64,000 nt of DNA. Source: Paracoccaceae bacterium (GTDB lineage: Bacteria > Pseudomonadota > Alphaproteobacteria > Rhodobacterales > Rhodobacteraceae). The notes under the pieces were generated by a model, which was not told the origin of the DNA, made no database searches, and saw only the letters and a program-made list of their open reading frames with translations. Both the position numbers and the translations under genes were made by a program. How positions within the stretch are numbered: the first letter of the stretch is position 1; every line of letters begins with the position of its first letter. Shown here in pieces: positions 52,804-62,034 of this stretch. The stretch spans positions 24 to 64,023 of the forward strand of contig JABSSC010000001.1 in NCBI GenBank assembly GCA_013214635.1, in the 5' to 3' direction.

Positions 52804-53910
52804 TCAGGCCAAGGCGTCGGCCAGCAGACCGCGCACCACATCGCGGTTCACGTCCGAAGTGACAAACGCGTCTCCGATCCCGCGCGCCAGAACGAACCGC
52901 AACTGACCGTCGATGACCTTTTTGTCCTGTCCCATCAGATCCAAAAGCGCGTCCGGCCCCGGAAGATCACCGGGAATGTCGGACAGGTCGCATTTCATGC
53001 CCATTGCTTTGAGATGGGCGCGCACGCGGCTTGGGTCCTCTTGCGAACACAGGCTCAGGCGCGACGACAACTCAAACGCCAGAGCGCAGCCTATGGCGAC
53101 CCCTTCCCCGTGAAGCAGCCGGTCGGAATATCCCGTCGCCGCCTCAAGCGCGTGACAGAAGGTATGGCCAAGGTTCAAAAGCGCGCGGTCGCCTTGTTCG
53201 GTCTCGTCGCGCACAACGATATCGGCCTTCATCTCGACGGAGCGCTTGACGGCCTTTGCACGCAGGTCCGCGTCGCCCGCGGCAAGTGCGGGACCGTATG
53301 CCTCAAGCCACTCAAAGAATGCGGCATCACCTAGCAGCCCATATTTCACGACCTCGCCATAGCCCGACAGGAAGTCGCGCGGGGCGAGCGTGGACAATAT
53401 GTCGATATCGGCCAGAACGAGGCTGGGTTGATGGAACGCCCCGATGAGGTTCTTGCCATGGCCGGAGTTGATGCCCGTCTTGCCGCCGACCGAGCTGTCG
53501 ACCTGCGCCAGAAGCGAAGTCGGGATTTGCACGAACCGCACACCCCGGCGCATCACCGCAGCGGCAAAGCCTGCCAAATCGCCAATCACACCACCCCCGA
53601 GCGCCACGACGATATCGCGGCGTTCGGTTTTCTCGGCCAGCAACCATTCCACGGATTGTTCCAGATGCGCCCAGTTCTTGGTGCTTTCACCCGCGGGGAG
53701 TGTCAGCGCCGCGCTTTCGATACCCGCTTTTGACAACGCCGATTGCAGCGTGATCAGATGCTGGGCCGCAACACGGTCTTCGGTGAGGATTTTCACCACA
53801 GGACGCGCCAGAAGCGGCGCGATCTCTGCACCGGCCTCGGCCAGTAGCCCCGCACCGATCCGCACGTCATAGGCGCGATCACCAAGGGGCACGTGTACCG
53901 TTTCCGTCAC
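52804..53910 (-). CDS. aroB: 3-dehydroquinate synthase
   Basis: GGGVIGDLAGFAAA, DSSVGGKTGIN, LNLGHTFCHALE. Confidence 0.95.
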   Translation of the reverse strand: MTETVHVPLGDRAYDVRIGAGLLAEAGAEIAPLLARPVVKILTEDRVAAQHLITLQSALSKAGIESAALTLPAGESTKNWAHLEQSVEWLLAEKTERRDIVVALGGGVIGDLAGFAAAVMRRGVRFVQIPTSLLAQVDSSVGGKTGINSGHGKNLIGAFHQPSLVLADIDILSTLAPRDFLSGYGEVVKYGLLGDAAFFEWLEAYGPALAAGDADLRAKAVKRSVEMKADIVVRDETEQGDRALLNLGHTFCHALEAATGYSDRLLHGEGVAIGCALAFELSSRLSLCSQEDPSRVRAHLKAMGMKCDLSDIPGDLPGPDALLDLMGQDKKVIDGQLRFVLARGIGDAFVTSDVNRDVVRGLLADALA

Positions 53911-54455
53911 GCAATCTCTCCCAATATCTCGGGCCGTGTGGCCAGCGCGCCAATCACCTTGGTCGCCATGTCATCAATCGAATAGCCGGCCTGCGATTCC
54001 ACAGCGATATCGGCCTTGGCGTAAAGTGGGACGCGGGCGTTGTAGATTTCGGTTAGCGTGGCTTTTGGATCGGGCGTGCGCAGCAAGGGGCGTGTGTCCT
54101 TGTGTTTGACGCGCGACCAGAGCAAGTCGAGATCGGCCTTGAGCCAGACCGAGACGCCCAATCGGCCGATCAGGTCGCGGTTTTCCGCGCTCAGCCACGC
54201 GCCGCCACCTGTTGACAGCACCCCCGGGGCACCGGTCAGAAGCCGTTCAATCACCTGCGTTTCTTTCTCGCGAAAGAACGGCTCACCATAGCGCTCAAAG
54301 ATTTCGGCAATAGGTTGGTTGGCAGCCGCAACGATCTCGGCATCGCTGTCAAGAAACGGCACATCCAGCCGCCGCGCCACAGCCGTTCCGATCGCCGTCT
54401 TGCCCGCGCCCATCATGCCAACCATGACGACAGTTTTTTTCAGCACATATCGCAA
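53907..54455 (-). CDS. aroK: shikimate kinase
   Basis: VMVGMMGAGKTAIG P-loop, LDSDAEI, GGGAW. Confidence 0.93.
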   Translation of the reverse strand: MRYVLKKTVVMVGMMGAGKTAIGTAVARRLDVPFLDSDAEIVAAANQPIAEIFERYGEPFFREKETQVIERLLTGAPGVLSTGGGAWLSAENRDLIGRLGVSVWLKADLDLLWSRVKHKDTRPLLRTPDPKATLTEIYNARVPLYAKADIAVESQAGYSIDDMATKVIGALATRPEILGEIA

Positions 54456-54587
54456 AACGGCGCGGACCTGCTTAAGTAGTCATCAGCGCCTTGAATGACG
54501 TGATATTCCGGAAAAGACCAGATATAACATCACTCAAGCTGGACCAAGATCCGGCAGATGACAGGCAAAGCGAGGCAGAAGAGACCA

Positions 54588-54722
54588 ATGCGATGGATAT
54601 GGCGCCTTCTATTGATACTGATTGTCCTGGGCGCGCTGGCGTTTGTGGGGTTCGCCTATTTTGGCGATCTGAGCCCCCCGCGGGAGGATGTGCGTGAACC
54701 GGTGGTTCTGGAAAGCCAGTAA
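54588..54722 (+). CDS. candidate 44-aa single-pass membrane protein (not in ORF track)
   Basis: MRWIWRLLLILIVLGALAFVGFAYFGDLSPPREDVREPVVLESQ. Overlaps the start of the next gene by 35 nt. Confidence 0.3.
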   Translation: MRWIWRLLLILIVLGALAFVGFAYFGDLSPPREDVREPVVLESQ

Positions 54723-56265
54723 CGCGACAGCGGCAATCGTGTTGAGCATGGGCGCGGCCCATGCACAAAGCGATGCCCCTCTTTCGGCAATCGACTGGTT
54801 GTCGGATACGCTCGAAGTGGCGCCGCCTGCGCCAGACGCGGGGCCTGTGACCGATTTGCCCGTGACGGGTGAGGCAACGGGTTCGGGCGCGGGGACATCG
54901 ACGATCACGGTCACATCGCTTGATTCCGCCACACCCGACGCCGCGGGTCTGCTTGCCACGTCTGAAACCGGATTGCCCGCAAACCTGTGGGGGGTCTCTT
55001 CGACCGAAGAACTGGCCCGCGCGCTCAATACCGAACCTGCGGATCTGCCGCCTTCGATGCAGCGGTTGCTCCGCACGCTTCTTCTGGCCGAGCTGAACCC
55101 GCCCTTCGACGCCGCCGGAGAGTCCGCCCTGTTTCTTGCGCGGATTGACAGGTTGTTGGCGCTGGGGTTGTTGGACGAGGCCGAGGCACTTTTGGAGATT
55201 GCGGGTACCACCGAGAAACCTGCATTTTTTCGGCGGGCCTTTGATATCTCGTTGTTGAAAGCCACCGAGAACGCGGCCTGTGAAACCTTGCGCGACACGC
55301 CTGAGCTGTCGCCGACCTATCCTGCGCGCATCTTTTGCCTTGCGCGCGGGGGCGATTGGCAGGCTGCCGCGCTGACGCTGAGCAATGCCGAGGCGCTGAA
55401 CCTGCTGGAGCCCAGCGAGGAGGCGTTGATGTCGCATTTCCTCGAAGACGGGGCTTATGAGGGGCTGGCCATCCCGGCCGCACCACGCCGCCCCTCACCG
55501 TTGGAGTTTCGCATCTACGAAGCGATTGGCGAACGGGTGCCGACGACCACTTTGCCCGTGGCCTTTGCCCGCGCCGATCTGTTTGAAACGAATGGCTGGA
55601 AAACGCGGCTGGAGGCGGCAGAGCGCCTGGCCCGTACCGGTGCGCTCGATGCCGACACGCTGTTCACGCTTTATCAGGAACGTCAGCCCGCGGCGTCGGG
55701 CGGCGTCTGGGACCGTGCCGAGGCGGTTCAGGCGTTCATAGCAGCGCTTGAGGACAGAGACCCGGACGCTTTGGGGCAGACCCTGCCCCCGGTCTGGGCG
55801 GCGATGTCCGAGGCGCGTTTGGGTCCGGTTTTTGCCGAAAAATATGGGCCCGCCTTGTCCGAGATCCCAATTGACGATGCGGTGCGTCCACTGGCGTTTG
55901 AGATTGCGTTGATGTCGCCCGCTTATGAGAGTGCGGCCAACGCCTATGTCCCGCAACGGTCGGAGGACCGTTTTTTGATCGCGGTGGCGCGCGGCATTCC
56001 GCAATTCGCGACCGCCTCGACAGAGACGGCCTTGGCGATCCGCAACGGTTTTGCCCAGACCCGCTTCCCTCAGCGCTATGCGGGTCTGGTTGCGACCGAC
56101 CGGTTGGGCGAAGCGCTGTTTCTGGCCATCCGCGATTTCTCGGACGGGGCTGCAGGCGATCTCGACCAGTTGCGCGATGCGCTGGCGTTTTTCCGGTTGA
56201 TCGGGCTAGAAGACGTGGCGCGCCGCGCGGCGCTTGATGTGCTGTTGCAGGAGGCAGGCGTTTGA
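54688..56265 (+). CDS. hypothetical secreted/periplasmic protein
   Basis: Signal peptide ending AAHA-QS. 525-aa Ala/Leu-rich helical protein. 4-nt overlap with xerD. Confidence 0.7.
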   Translation: MCVNRWFWKASNATAAIVLSMGAAHAQSDAPLSAIDWLSDTLEVAPPAPDAGPVTDLPVTGEATGSGAGTSTITVTSLDSATPDAAGLLATSETGLPANLWGVSSTEELARALNTEPADLPPSMQRLLRTLLLAELNPPFDAAGESALFLARIDRLLALGLLDEAEALLEIAGTTEKPAFFRRAFDISLLKATENAACETLRDTPELSPTYPARIFCLARGGDWQAAALTLSNAEALNLLEPSEEALMSHFLEDGAYEGLAIPAAPRRPSPLEFRIYEAIGERVPTTTLPVAFARADLFETNGWKTRLEAAERLARTGALDADTLFTLYQERQPAASGGVWDRAEAVQAFIAALEDRDPDALGQTLPPVWAAMSEARLGPVFAEKYGPALSEIPIDDAVRPLAFEIALMSPAYESAANAYVPQRSEDRFLIAVARGIPQFATASTETALAIRNGFAQTRFPQRYAGLVATDRLGEALFLAIRDFSDGAAGDLDQLRDALAFFRLIGLEDVARRAALDVLLQEAGV

Positions 56266-57188
56266 GCGCCCGCCGCAGGATCGAGACCTTTGTGACCGCG
56301 CAAGCGGCTGAGGCGAACGCGTCGCGCAACACCCAACTCGCCTATGCCCGGGACCTGACCGATTACCTGGACTGGCTGGAAGGTGATGGCGGTGATCTGA
56401 TGACGGCGGACCGCACGCGGGTTGAGGCGTATCTCGTGGCGTGTGATGCGCGCGGGCTGGCGCGGTCCACACGCGCGCGGCGGTTGTCGGCGGTCAAGCA
56501 GTTCTACCGTTTCGCCTATGACGAGGGGTGGCGTGGGGATAACCCGACGCTGAATATCTCAGGCCCCGGCAAAGACAGCCGCCTGCCCAAGACCATCACG
56601 ATTGATGAAGTCGAACGCCTTCTTGAGGCCGCGCGGGACCATGGCAAACCAAGCGAACGGGTGCGCAACATCTGTCTGATGGAAGTGCTCTATGCCACGG
56701 GGATGCGGGTGAGCGAGTTGGTGTCGCTTCCCGTCTCGGCCGCGCGGGGCGATCCACGCATGCTGCTTGTGCGGGGCAAGGGTGGCAAAGAGCGGATGGT
56801 GCCGCTGTCGCCTTCGGCGCGGGAGGCGCTGGCCGCTTGGATCGTCGAGCGCGATGCAAGGGAGGATGAGGCGGTGGCCAAGGGGGCGCGGGCGTCACTT
56901 TTTCTGTTCCCGTCCTCGTCCTCCGCCGGGCATCTCACGCGTCACCGGTTCTATGCCCTGATCAAAGCCTTTGCCCTTGATGCCGGGGTCAATCCAGCAG
57001 CCGTGTCCCCCCATACGTTGCGCCATGCCTTTGCGACGCATCTGCTGGCCAATGGTGCCGATCTGCGCAGTATTCAAAGCCTGCTGGGGCATGCCGATGT
57101 GTCCACCACCGAAATCTATACGCATGTGCTGGAAGAGCGGTTGCGGGATCTGGTGCTGGAACATCATCCGCTGGCGCAAGTGGATTAG
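56262..57188 (+). CDS. xerD: site-specific tyrosine recombinase XerD (XerC/D family)
   Basis: ATGMRVSELVSL, HTLRHAFATHLLANGADLRSIQSLLGHADVSTTEIYTHV (R-H-R-Y catalytic set). Confidence 0.8.
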   Translation: MSARRRIETFVTAQAAEANASRNTQLAYARDLTDYLDWLEGDGGDLMTADRTRVEAYLVACDARGLARSTRARRLSAVKQFYRFAYDEGWRGDNPTLNISGPGKDSRLPKTITIDEVERLLEAARDHGKPSERVRNICLMEVLYATGMRVSELVSLPVSAARGDPRMLLVRGKGGKERMVPLSPSAREALAAWIVERDAREDEAVAKGARASLFLFPSSSSAGHLTRHRFYALIKAFALDAGVNPAAVSPHTLRHAFATHLLANGADLRSIQSLLGHADVSTTEIYTHVLEERLRDLVLEHHPLAQVD

Positions 57189-57249
57189 AGGGATTTTGCG
57201 AGGCGCTGCCTCGCGCTCCGGGATATTTTGGGATCAATGGAAGGGCTGG

Positions 57250-58041
57250 CTACCGCATCTGAGCCGGCAGGATGTCTTGCGTGGGCCAGCGCCCGGTCTG
57301 GAGCGTTGTCTGATAGCCTTGTGTGAGCCCCACCGCCGCCATGCGGGACGCGGCGCGGGTATGGTCATAGCGCAGACGGTGAATGCGCGCATGCCCGTCG
57401 ATCAACGTGACAAATCGAGTGTCCGGGCGACCATCGTTGGGGGGAAGCCCCAAGATGCCGGCATTGATCCATTGCACACCGTCGATCACACGGGTGAACG
57501 CGACACTGCAATGGCCTGCGAGGACGCCGTCGATTGGCCCGAGGGCGGCGCGGATCAGATCGATTTCGATGCGAAAGGCCGCGTCGCTGTCGCTGGGCCA
57601 GAGAAAGCGGTTCACTTGTGACGCGCCGCCGTGGATGACAGCAAAGCGGCGCCCGTGATGTGAAAAGACGGCCCAATCCGGGCGTCCACGCATCCAAGCG
57701 CGGTCGTCTTCATTAAGCGCGGCACTCGCATAGGCGAACCACGCCCCTGCGGCGATGTCGCAGGCGCTGCCTGTCTCGAAACCGCACCCGCAGCTTGCAC
57801 TGCCCTGCCCCAGTTCAATTTCGCAATTTCCTGCGATCACGTGCCAGCCGTGCTTCCGGATCAGGTCCACGCACCCTGATGGATCGGCGCAGTATCCTGC
57901 GATGTCGCCGGTGCAGATGACCGGTGTGTTCTCAGGCACGAGATCCGCGAAGGCCTGCGTGGCCTCAAAATTGGACAGCGGCCCTCCGCACACCCATATC
58001 TCATCCGAAAGATCCCCCAAATCCCTGATACGCGGTGCCAT
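57250..58041 (-). CDS. metallophosphoesterase family protein
   Basis: The ATG at 58041 gives MAPRIRDLGDLSDEIWVCGG...ICTGDIAGY...AGNCE...VIHGG. The upstream 144 codons of the ORF overlap the divergent gene and look non-coding. Confidence 0.8.
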   Translation of the reverse strand: MAPRIRDLGDLSDEIWVCGGPLSNFEATQAFADLVPENTPVICTGDIAGYCADPSGCVDLIRKHGWHVIAGNCEIELGQGSASCGCGFETGSACDIAAGAWFAYASAALNEDDRAWMRGRPDWAVFSHHGRRFAVIHGGASQVNRFLWPSDSDAAFRIEIDLIRAALGPIDGVLAGHCSVAFTRVIDGVQWINAGILGLPPNDGRPDTRFVTLIDGHARIHRLRYDHTRAASRMAAVGLTQGYQTTLQTGRWPTQDILPAQMR

Positions 58042-58114
58042 CTTTGTCCCGGTTTTCCTTGAAAGGTCACGACTTGGACACCATAACGCGCGAAACGAAC
58101 GAAAATACACATCA

Positions 58115-59428
58115 ATGGAACCCGATTTATCACTTGTCGACAGCGCCTTCTGGATCACCGCGGGGGCGATTGGGCTTTTGCTGGTCTGTTCTGCGTTTTT
58201 CTCGGGCAGCGAAACGGCGTTGACGGCGGCGTCGCGCCCAAAGCTCAAGTCGCGCGCCGACAAAGGGGACAAGGGCGCCCAACGCGCGTTGAAGATCACC
58301 GAGGATAACGAACGTCTGATCGGGTCCGTCCTGCTGGGCAACAACCTGGTGAATATCCTCGCGACCTCGCTTGCGACGGCGTTGTTCACACGGGCCTTTG
58401 GGGAGAGCGGCGTTGCCTTGGCCACGCTGGTCATGACGCTCTTGGTGCTGATCTTTGCCGAGGTGCTTCCCAAGACCTATGCGATCACGAACTCTGAGGC
58501 TGCGGCCTCGCTCGTGTCACGCCCGATCAGCGCGATTGTGACGCTGTTGTCGCCCATCGTGTCCGCTGTCCGTGTTCTGGTGCGCGCCGTGTTGCGGATT
58601 GTCGGTATCAAGACCGACCCGGAGAGCAACATCCTTGCCGTTCGGGAAGAAATTGCGGGCGCGCTGCAGTTGGGACGTTCGGAAGGTGTGGTCCAAAAGG
58701 AGGATCGTGACCGGATTCTGGGCGCGCTCGATCTGTCGGAGCGGTCGGTCGATGAGATCATGCTGCACCGGTCAGAGATTCAAATGATTGATGCCGACGC
58801 GCCGGCCGAACAGGTGCTCGATGAAGCGTTGGGAAGTCCGCACACCCGCCTGCCGATTTATCGTGGCGAAAAGGAAAATGTGGTCGGCGTCGTTCACGCC
58901 AAGGACCTGTTGCGCGCCATTCACGCCCTCGAAGACGGCGGCACGGCGGATTTCAACATCATGCAAGTGGCCAAGAAGCCCTATTTCGTGCCCGATTCCA
59001 CGACCCTTGATGACCAGATGCGGCAGTTTCTGCGGCGTCGGGCGCATTTCGCGCTGGTCGTTGACGAATACGGTGCGCTGAAGGGTTTGATCACGCTGGA
59101 AGACATTCTTGAAGAGATCGTGGGTGAGATTGCCGACGAGTTCGACATCGACAGCGATCACCCGATCCGCCGCTCTGAGAGCGGTGATGCGCTGGTTGAT
59201 GGGGCGATGACCATTCGTGACCTCAACCGGGCGATGGAATGGTCCCTGCCCGATGAGGAAGCTAACACGATCGCCGGACTTGTCATTCACGAGGCGCAGA
59301 CGATCCCGACCGTCGGTCAGGTGTTCGTCTTCCACGGGTTCCGGTTTGAGGTGACGGGGCGCGAGGACAACCGTGTCACGCGCCTTAAAATCCGCCCCTT
59401 GGAACGCGCGGCGGTTATCGACCCTTAA
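58115..59428 (+). CDS. HlyC/CorC (CNNM) family transporter: DUF21, CBS pair and CorC_HlyC domains
   Basis: [13 protein letters not shown] at the start of DUF21, a CBS pair, and the C-terminal transporter-associated domain FHGFRFEV. Confidence 0.9.
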   Translation: MEPDLSLVDSAFWITAGAIGLLLVCSAFFSGSETALTAASRPKLKSRADKGDKGAQRALKITEDNERLIGSVLLGNNLVNILATSLATALFTRAFGESGVALATLVMTLLVLIFAEVLPKTYAITNSEAAASLVSRPISAIVTLLSPIVSAVRVLVRAVLRIVGIKTDPESNILAVREEIAGALQLGRSEGVVQKEDRDRILGALDLSERSVDEIMLHRSEIQMIDADAPAEQVLDEALGSPHTRLPIYRGEKENVVGVVHAKDLLRAIHALEDGGTADFNIMQVAKKPYFVPDSTTLDDQMRQFLRRRAHFALVVDEYGALKGLITLEDILEEIVGEIADEFDIDSDHPIRRSESGDALVDGAMTIRDLNRAMEWSLPDEEANTIAGLVIHEAQTIPTVGQVFVFHGFRFEVTGREDNRVTRLKIRPLERAAVIDP

Positions 59429-60962
59429 ACAACCCGCCCAGAAGGCCACGCACCATACGTCGCCCGGTGGTCCCCGAAAGCTCTTTGATCAGGGCCTGTG
59501 ACATGGCTTCGCCCAGAGTATCCGGCGAGGACGACCGCCTTTTGGACGAGGACCGCCCGACGCGTGCGCCCGAGTACCGACGTGCGGTCTTGTATTCGCG
59601 GGCAGCCAGTTCTGCGGCGTCCTCTTCGGCCTCGGCCTTTTCAGCCTCCTTGGCCGCGTCATCTGCGCGCCTGGCAAGGATTTCGTAAGCGCTTTCGCGG
59701 TCTTTTACCGTGTCGTATTTCCCCGCTACAGGCGATGTCGCGAGGGCTTCTTTGCGAACAGTGCCATCGAGGGGGCCCAGTTGCGACGATGGGGGCCGGA
59801 TCAGCGTCTGTTCAACGATGCCCGGTGCCCCCTTGCGGTCGAGGAATGAGGTTACGGCCTCCCCGTTGCCGACCTCCCGAATGGTGGCTTCGGTGTCAAA
59901 GCGGGGGTTCGGACGATAGGTCTCGGCCGCCCGTTTGAGCGCGATCTTGTCCCGGGCCGTAAAGGCGCGCAGCGCGTGCTGCACCCGGTTGCCAAGCTGA
60001 CCAAGGATATCTTCGGGGATGTCATCGGGATTCTGCGTGACGAAATAGACACCGACGCCCTTGGACCGGATCAGACGGGCCACTTGTTCGACCTTGTCGA
60101 GAAGCGCTTTGGGCGCGTCGTCAAAGAGCAAATGCGCCTCGTCAAAGAACATCACGAGCTTGGGTTTGTCAGGGTCGCCGACCTCGGGCAGTTCTTCGAA
60201 AAGCTCCGACAGGAGCCACAGGAGCGTCGTGGCATAAAGTCGCGGAGCCTGCATCAGCTTGTCAGACGACAGGATTGAAATGCGCCCGCGCCCGTCGGTA
60301 TCGGTGCGCAGGATATCGGTCAGCTCAAGCGCCGGTTCGCCAAAGAACTGATTTGCGCCTTGCGTCTCAAGCACCAGAAGCGCGCGCTGGATCGCACCAA
60401 TCGACGCGGTCGAGACATTGCCATAGCGCAGCGCGATATCCTTGCGGTTTTCTCCCACCCAGACGAGGAGCGATTGCAGGTCTTTGAGATCGAGCAATGG
60501 CAGGCCCTGTTCGTCCGACATCCGGAACGCGATGTTCAGCACACCCTCCTGCACTTCTGTAAGTTCCATCAGCCGGGCGAGGAGCAGTGGCCCCATCTCG
60601 GACACGGTGGTGCGGATCGGATGCCCTTGGGCGCCGAAAATGTCCCAGAATGTTACGGGAAACCCAGCATAGGTGTAGTCATCGAAGCCGATGGTGGCTG
60701 CGCGAGATTGGAATGCCTCGTGCAATTTGAAGTCGCTGCGTCCCGGCGAGGCAAGCCCCGAGAGATCGCCTTTGACGTCTGACAGGAAGACGGGCACACC
60801 GGCGGCGGAAAATCCTTCGGCCAGTATTTGCAGCGTCACCGTTTTTCCGGTGCCGGTTGCCCCGGCGATCAACCCGTGGCGATTGGCATTGTCCAACCGC
60901 AACCCCTGAGGCGTGCCGTAGCCTTCGCCACCGCCCCCTACAAAGACATGTCCGTCCATCAC
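59415..60962 (-). CDS. HerA-like helicase domain ATPase (DUF853 / YjgR family)
   Basis: [16 protein letters not shown] Walker [13 protein letters not shown] Walker B, Lys/Arg-rich C-terminus. Confidence 0.85.
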   Translation of the reverse strand: MMDGHVFVGGGGEGYGTPQGLRLDNANRHGLIAGATGTGKTVTLQILAEGFSAAGVPVFLSDVKGDLSGLASPGRSDFKLHEAFQSRAATIGFDDYTYAGFPVTFWDIFGAQGHPIRTTVSEMGPLLLARLMELTEVQEGVLNIAFRMSDEQGLPLLDLKDLQSLLVWVGENRKDIALRYGNVSTASIGAIQRALLVLETQGANQFFGEPALELTDILRTDTDGRGRISILSSDKLMQAPRLYATTLLWLLSELFEELPEVGDPDKPKLVMFFDEAHLLFDDAPKALLDKVEQVARLIRSKGVGVYFVTQNPDDIPEDILGQLGNRVQHALRAFTARDKIALKRAAETYRPNPRFDTEATIREVGNGEAVTSFLDRKGAPGIVEQTLIRPPSSQLGPLDGTVRKEALATSPVAGKYDTVKDRESAYEILARRADDAAKEAEKAEAEEDAAELAAREYKTARRYSGARVGRSSSKRRSSSPDTLGEAMSQALIKELSGTTGRRMVRGLLGGLFKGR

Positions 60963-61081
60963 TTTTTCTCGATCCTCATATCGTACGGTCCAACCATAAC
61001 TTGTTAACTAAGTTGCGCCATAACGGATCGTGTTCAGGCGGCGCTTTGTGTGGCTTGAACGATTTCCTCCCTGTCTACTGG

Positions 61082-61112
61082 CCGCGCCGCATCTAAGGCG
61101 CGGTTTTTTTTT
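61082..61112 (+). terminator. strong rho-independent terminator inside a divergent intergenic region
   Basis: CCGCGCC-gcatctaa-GGCGCGG followed by nine T. No upstream plus-strand gene exists for it to terminate. Confidence 0.65.
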
Positions 61113-61194
61113 GGTTTTGCTGTTGACGCATGGCGGCAGTTTTTCTAGCGTTCAGGCCAATGATAAGTCGGCCAGTCCGGCAGGGAGAACACGG

Positions 61195-61226
61195 AAAAAG
61201 GAACCTCGATTTGGGGTTCCTTTTTT
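61195..61226. terminator. bidirectional terminator-like hairpin inside the same intergenic region
   Basis: AAAAA-GGAACCTC-gattt-GGGGTTCC-TTTTTT, an 8-bp stem including one G-U pair. Confidence 0.6.
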
Positions 61227-61347
61227 CTTGTGCGGATCGGCGGTTTTCCGCAAATGATGGCGGGGCGTTTGCACCTGACATCCCTGCGCCCGCGTGCTAG
61301 GGCAATTGCAGAGCAAAATCGCATAAAAGCAAACACAGGTTACTGGC

Positions 61348-61992
61348 ATGAAAAGTTACGGTCTGGCACTTGCCGCGATCATGGCGCTGGCGGCGCCCGC
61401 GGGCGCACAGCAGCTTGGCACCCCGCCGCCCCCCGCATCGGGCACGTTTGGGGCAACCCCACAGGCTGGTGGCGGCGCAGCGGCACAGCAACAACCCGCG
61501 CCGCAACTGCAAACCGGCGAAGTTGTGTCTACAGAGACGCCGGTCGGGCAACCCTATGTGCGTGAAAGCCACGGCGATTGGCAGGTTGTCTGCATCAAGG
61601 CCGAAAGCGGCCCGGAGCCCTGCCAGATTCGCCAGACGATGTTCGACACGCAGCGCAACGCGGTCTCCGAGATCACGATGTATGCGTTGAGTTCCGAGGC
61701 GCAGCCCGAAGTGGCAGCCGGTGCAACCATCATCACACCGCTCCAGACGCTTCTGACCGAGCGTGTGGGCCTCACGATCAACGAAGATCTGAGCAAACGG
61801 TATGATTTCCAGTTTTGCGATCCCAACGGCTGCGTGGCGCAGTTCGGTCTGACAGCGGAAGAAGTTCAGGCGATGCGGGATGGCTCACGGTCGCTGGTGC
61901 GGATCGTGCCGGTTCTGGCCCCGGATCAGCCAATCGTCGTAAACCTGTCGCTTTCGGGTTTCACGGCCGCGTTTGAAGCTTTGGGCAGCTAG
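61348..61992 (+). CDS. invasion-associated locus B (IalB) family protein
   Basis: Signal peptide. HGDWQVVC....PEPCQIRQ and FQFCDPNGCVA motifs typical of IalB-like proteins. Confidence 0.8.
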   Translation: MKSYGLALAAIMALAAPAGAQQLGTPPPPASGTFGATPQAGGGAAAQQQPAPQLQTGEVVSTETPVGQPYVRESHGDWQVVCIKAESGPEPCQIRQTMFDTQRNAVSEITMYALSSEAQPEVAAGATIITPLQTLLTERVGLTINEDLSKRYDFQFCDPNGCVAQFGLTAEEVQAMRDGSRSLVRIVPVLAPDQPIVVNLSLSGFTAAFEALGS

Positions 61993-62034
61993 CGGCGTAA
62001 GCGCGCACACCTCCTTTTCAGGGAAATTTGCGCG

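Noticed and set aside
54472-55437. 321-aa minus-strand ORF
   Set aside because: It is extremely Arg/Gly/Gln-rich and lies antisense to the plausible secreted protein gene at 54688-56265, so it is a shadow ORF.
56262-57188. Tyrosine recombinase as a sign of an integrative mobile element
   Set aside because: The sequence and context (aroK-aroB, conserved hypothetical, xerD) fit the housekeeping chromosome-dimer resolvase. There are no flanking repeats, phage genes or cargo genes.
59415-60962. HerA-like ATPase as part of an anti-phage defence system
   Set aside because: No partner nuclease, Sir2 or DUF4297-type gene is adjacent. The sequence looks like the widespread DUF853/YjgR family, and the neighbours are housekeeping genes.
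61067-61187. Complementarity between CTCCCTG (61067-61073) in the first candidate RNA and CAGGGAG (61181-61187) in the second
   Set aside because: Only 7 nt pair, with mismatches on both sides. A match of this length between two ~80-nt stretches is expected by chance at appreciable frequency, so I do not use it as evidence.
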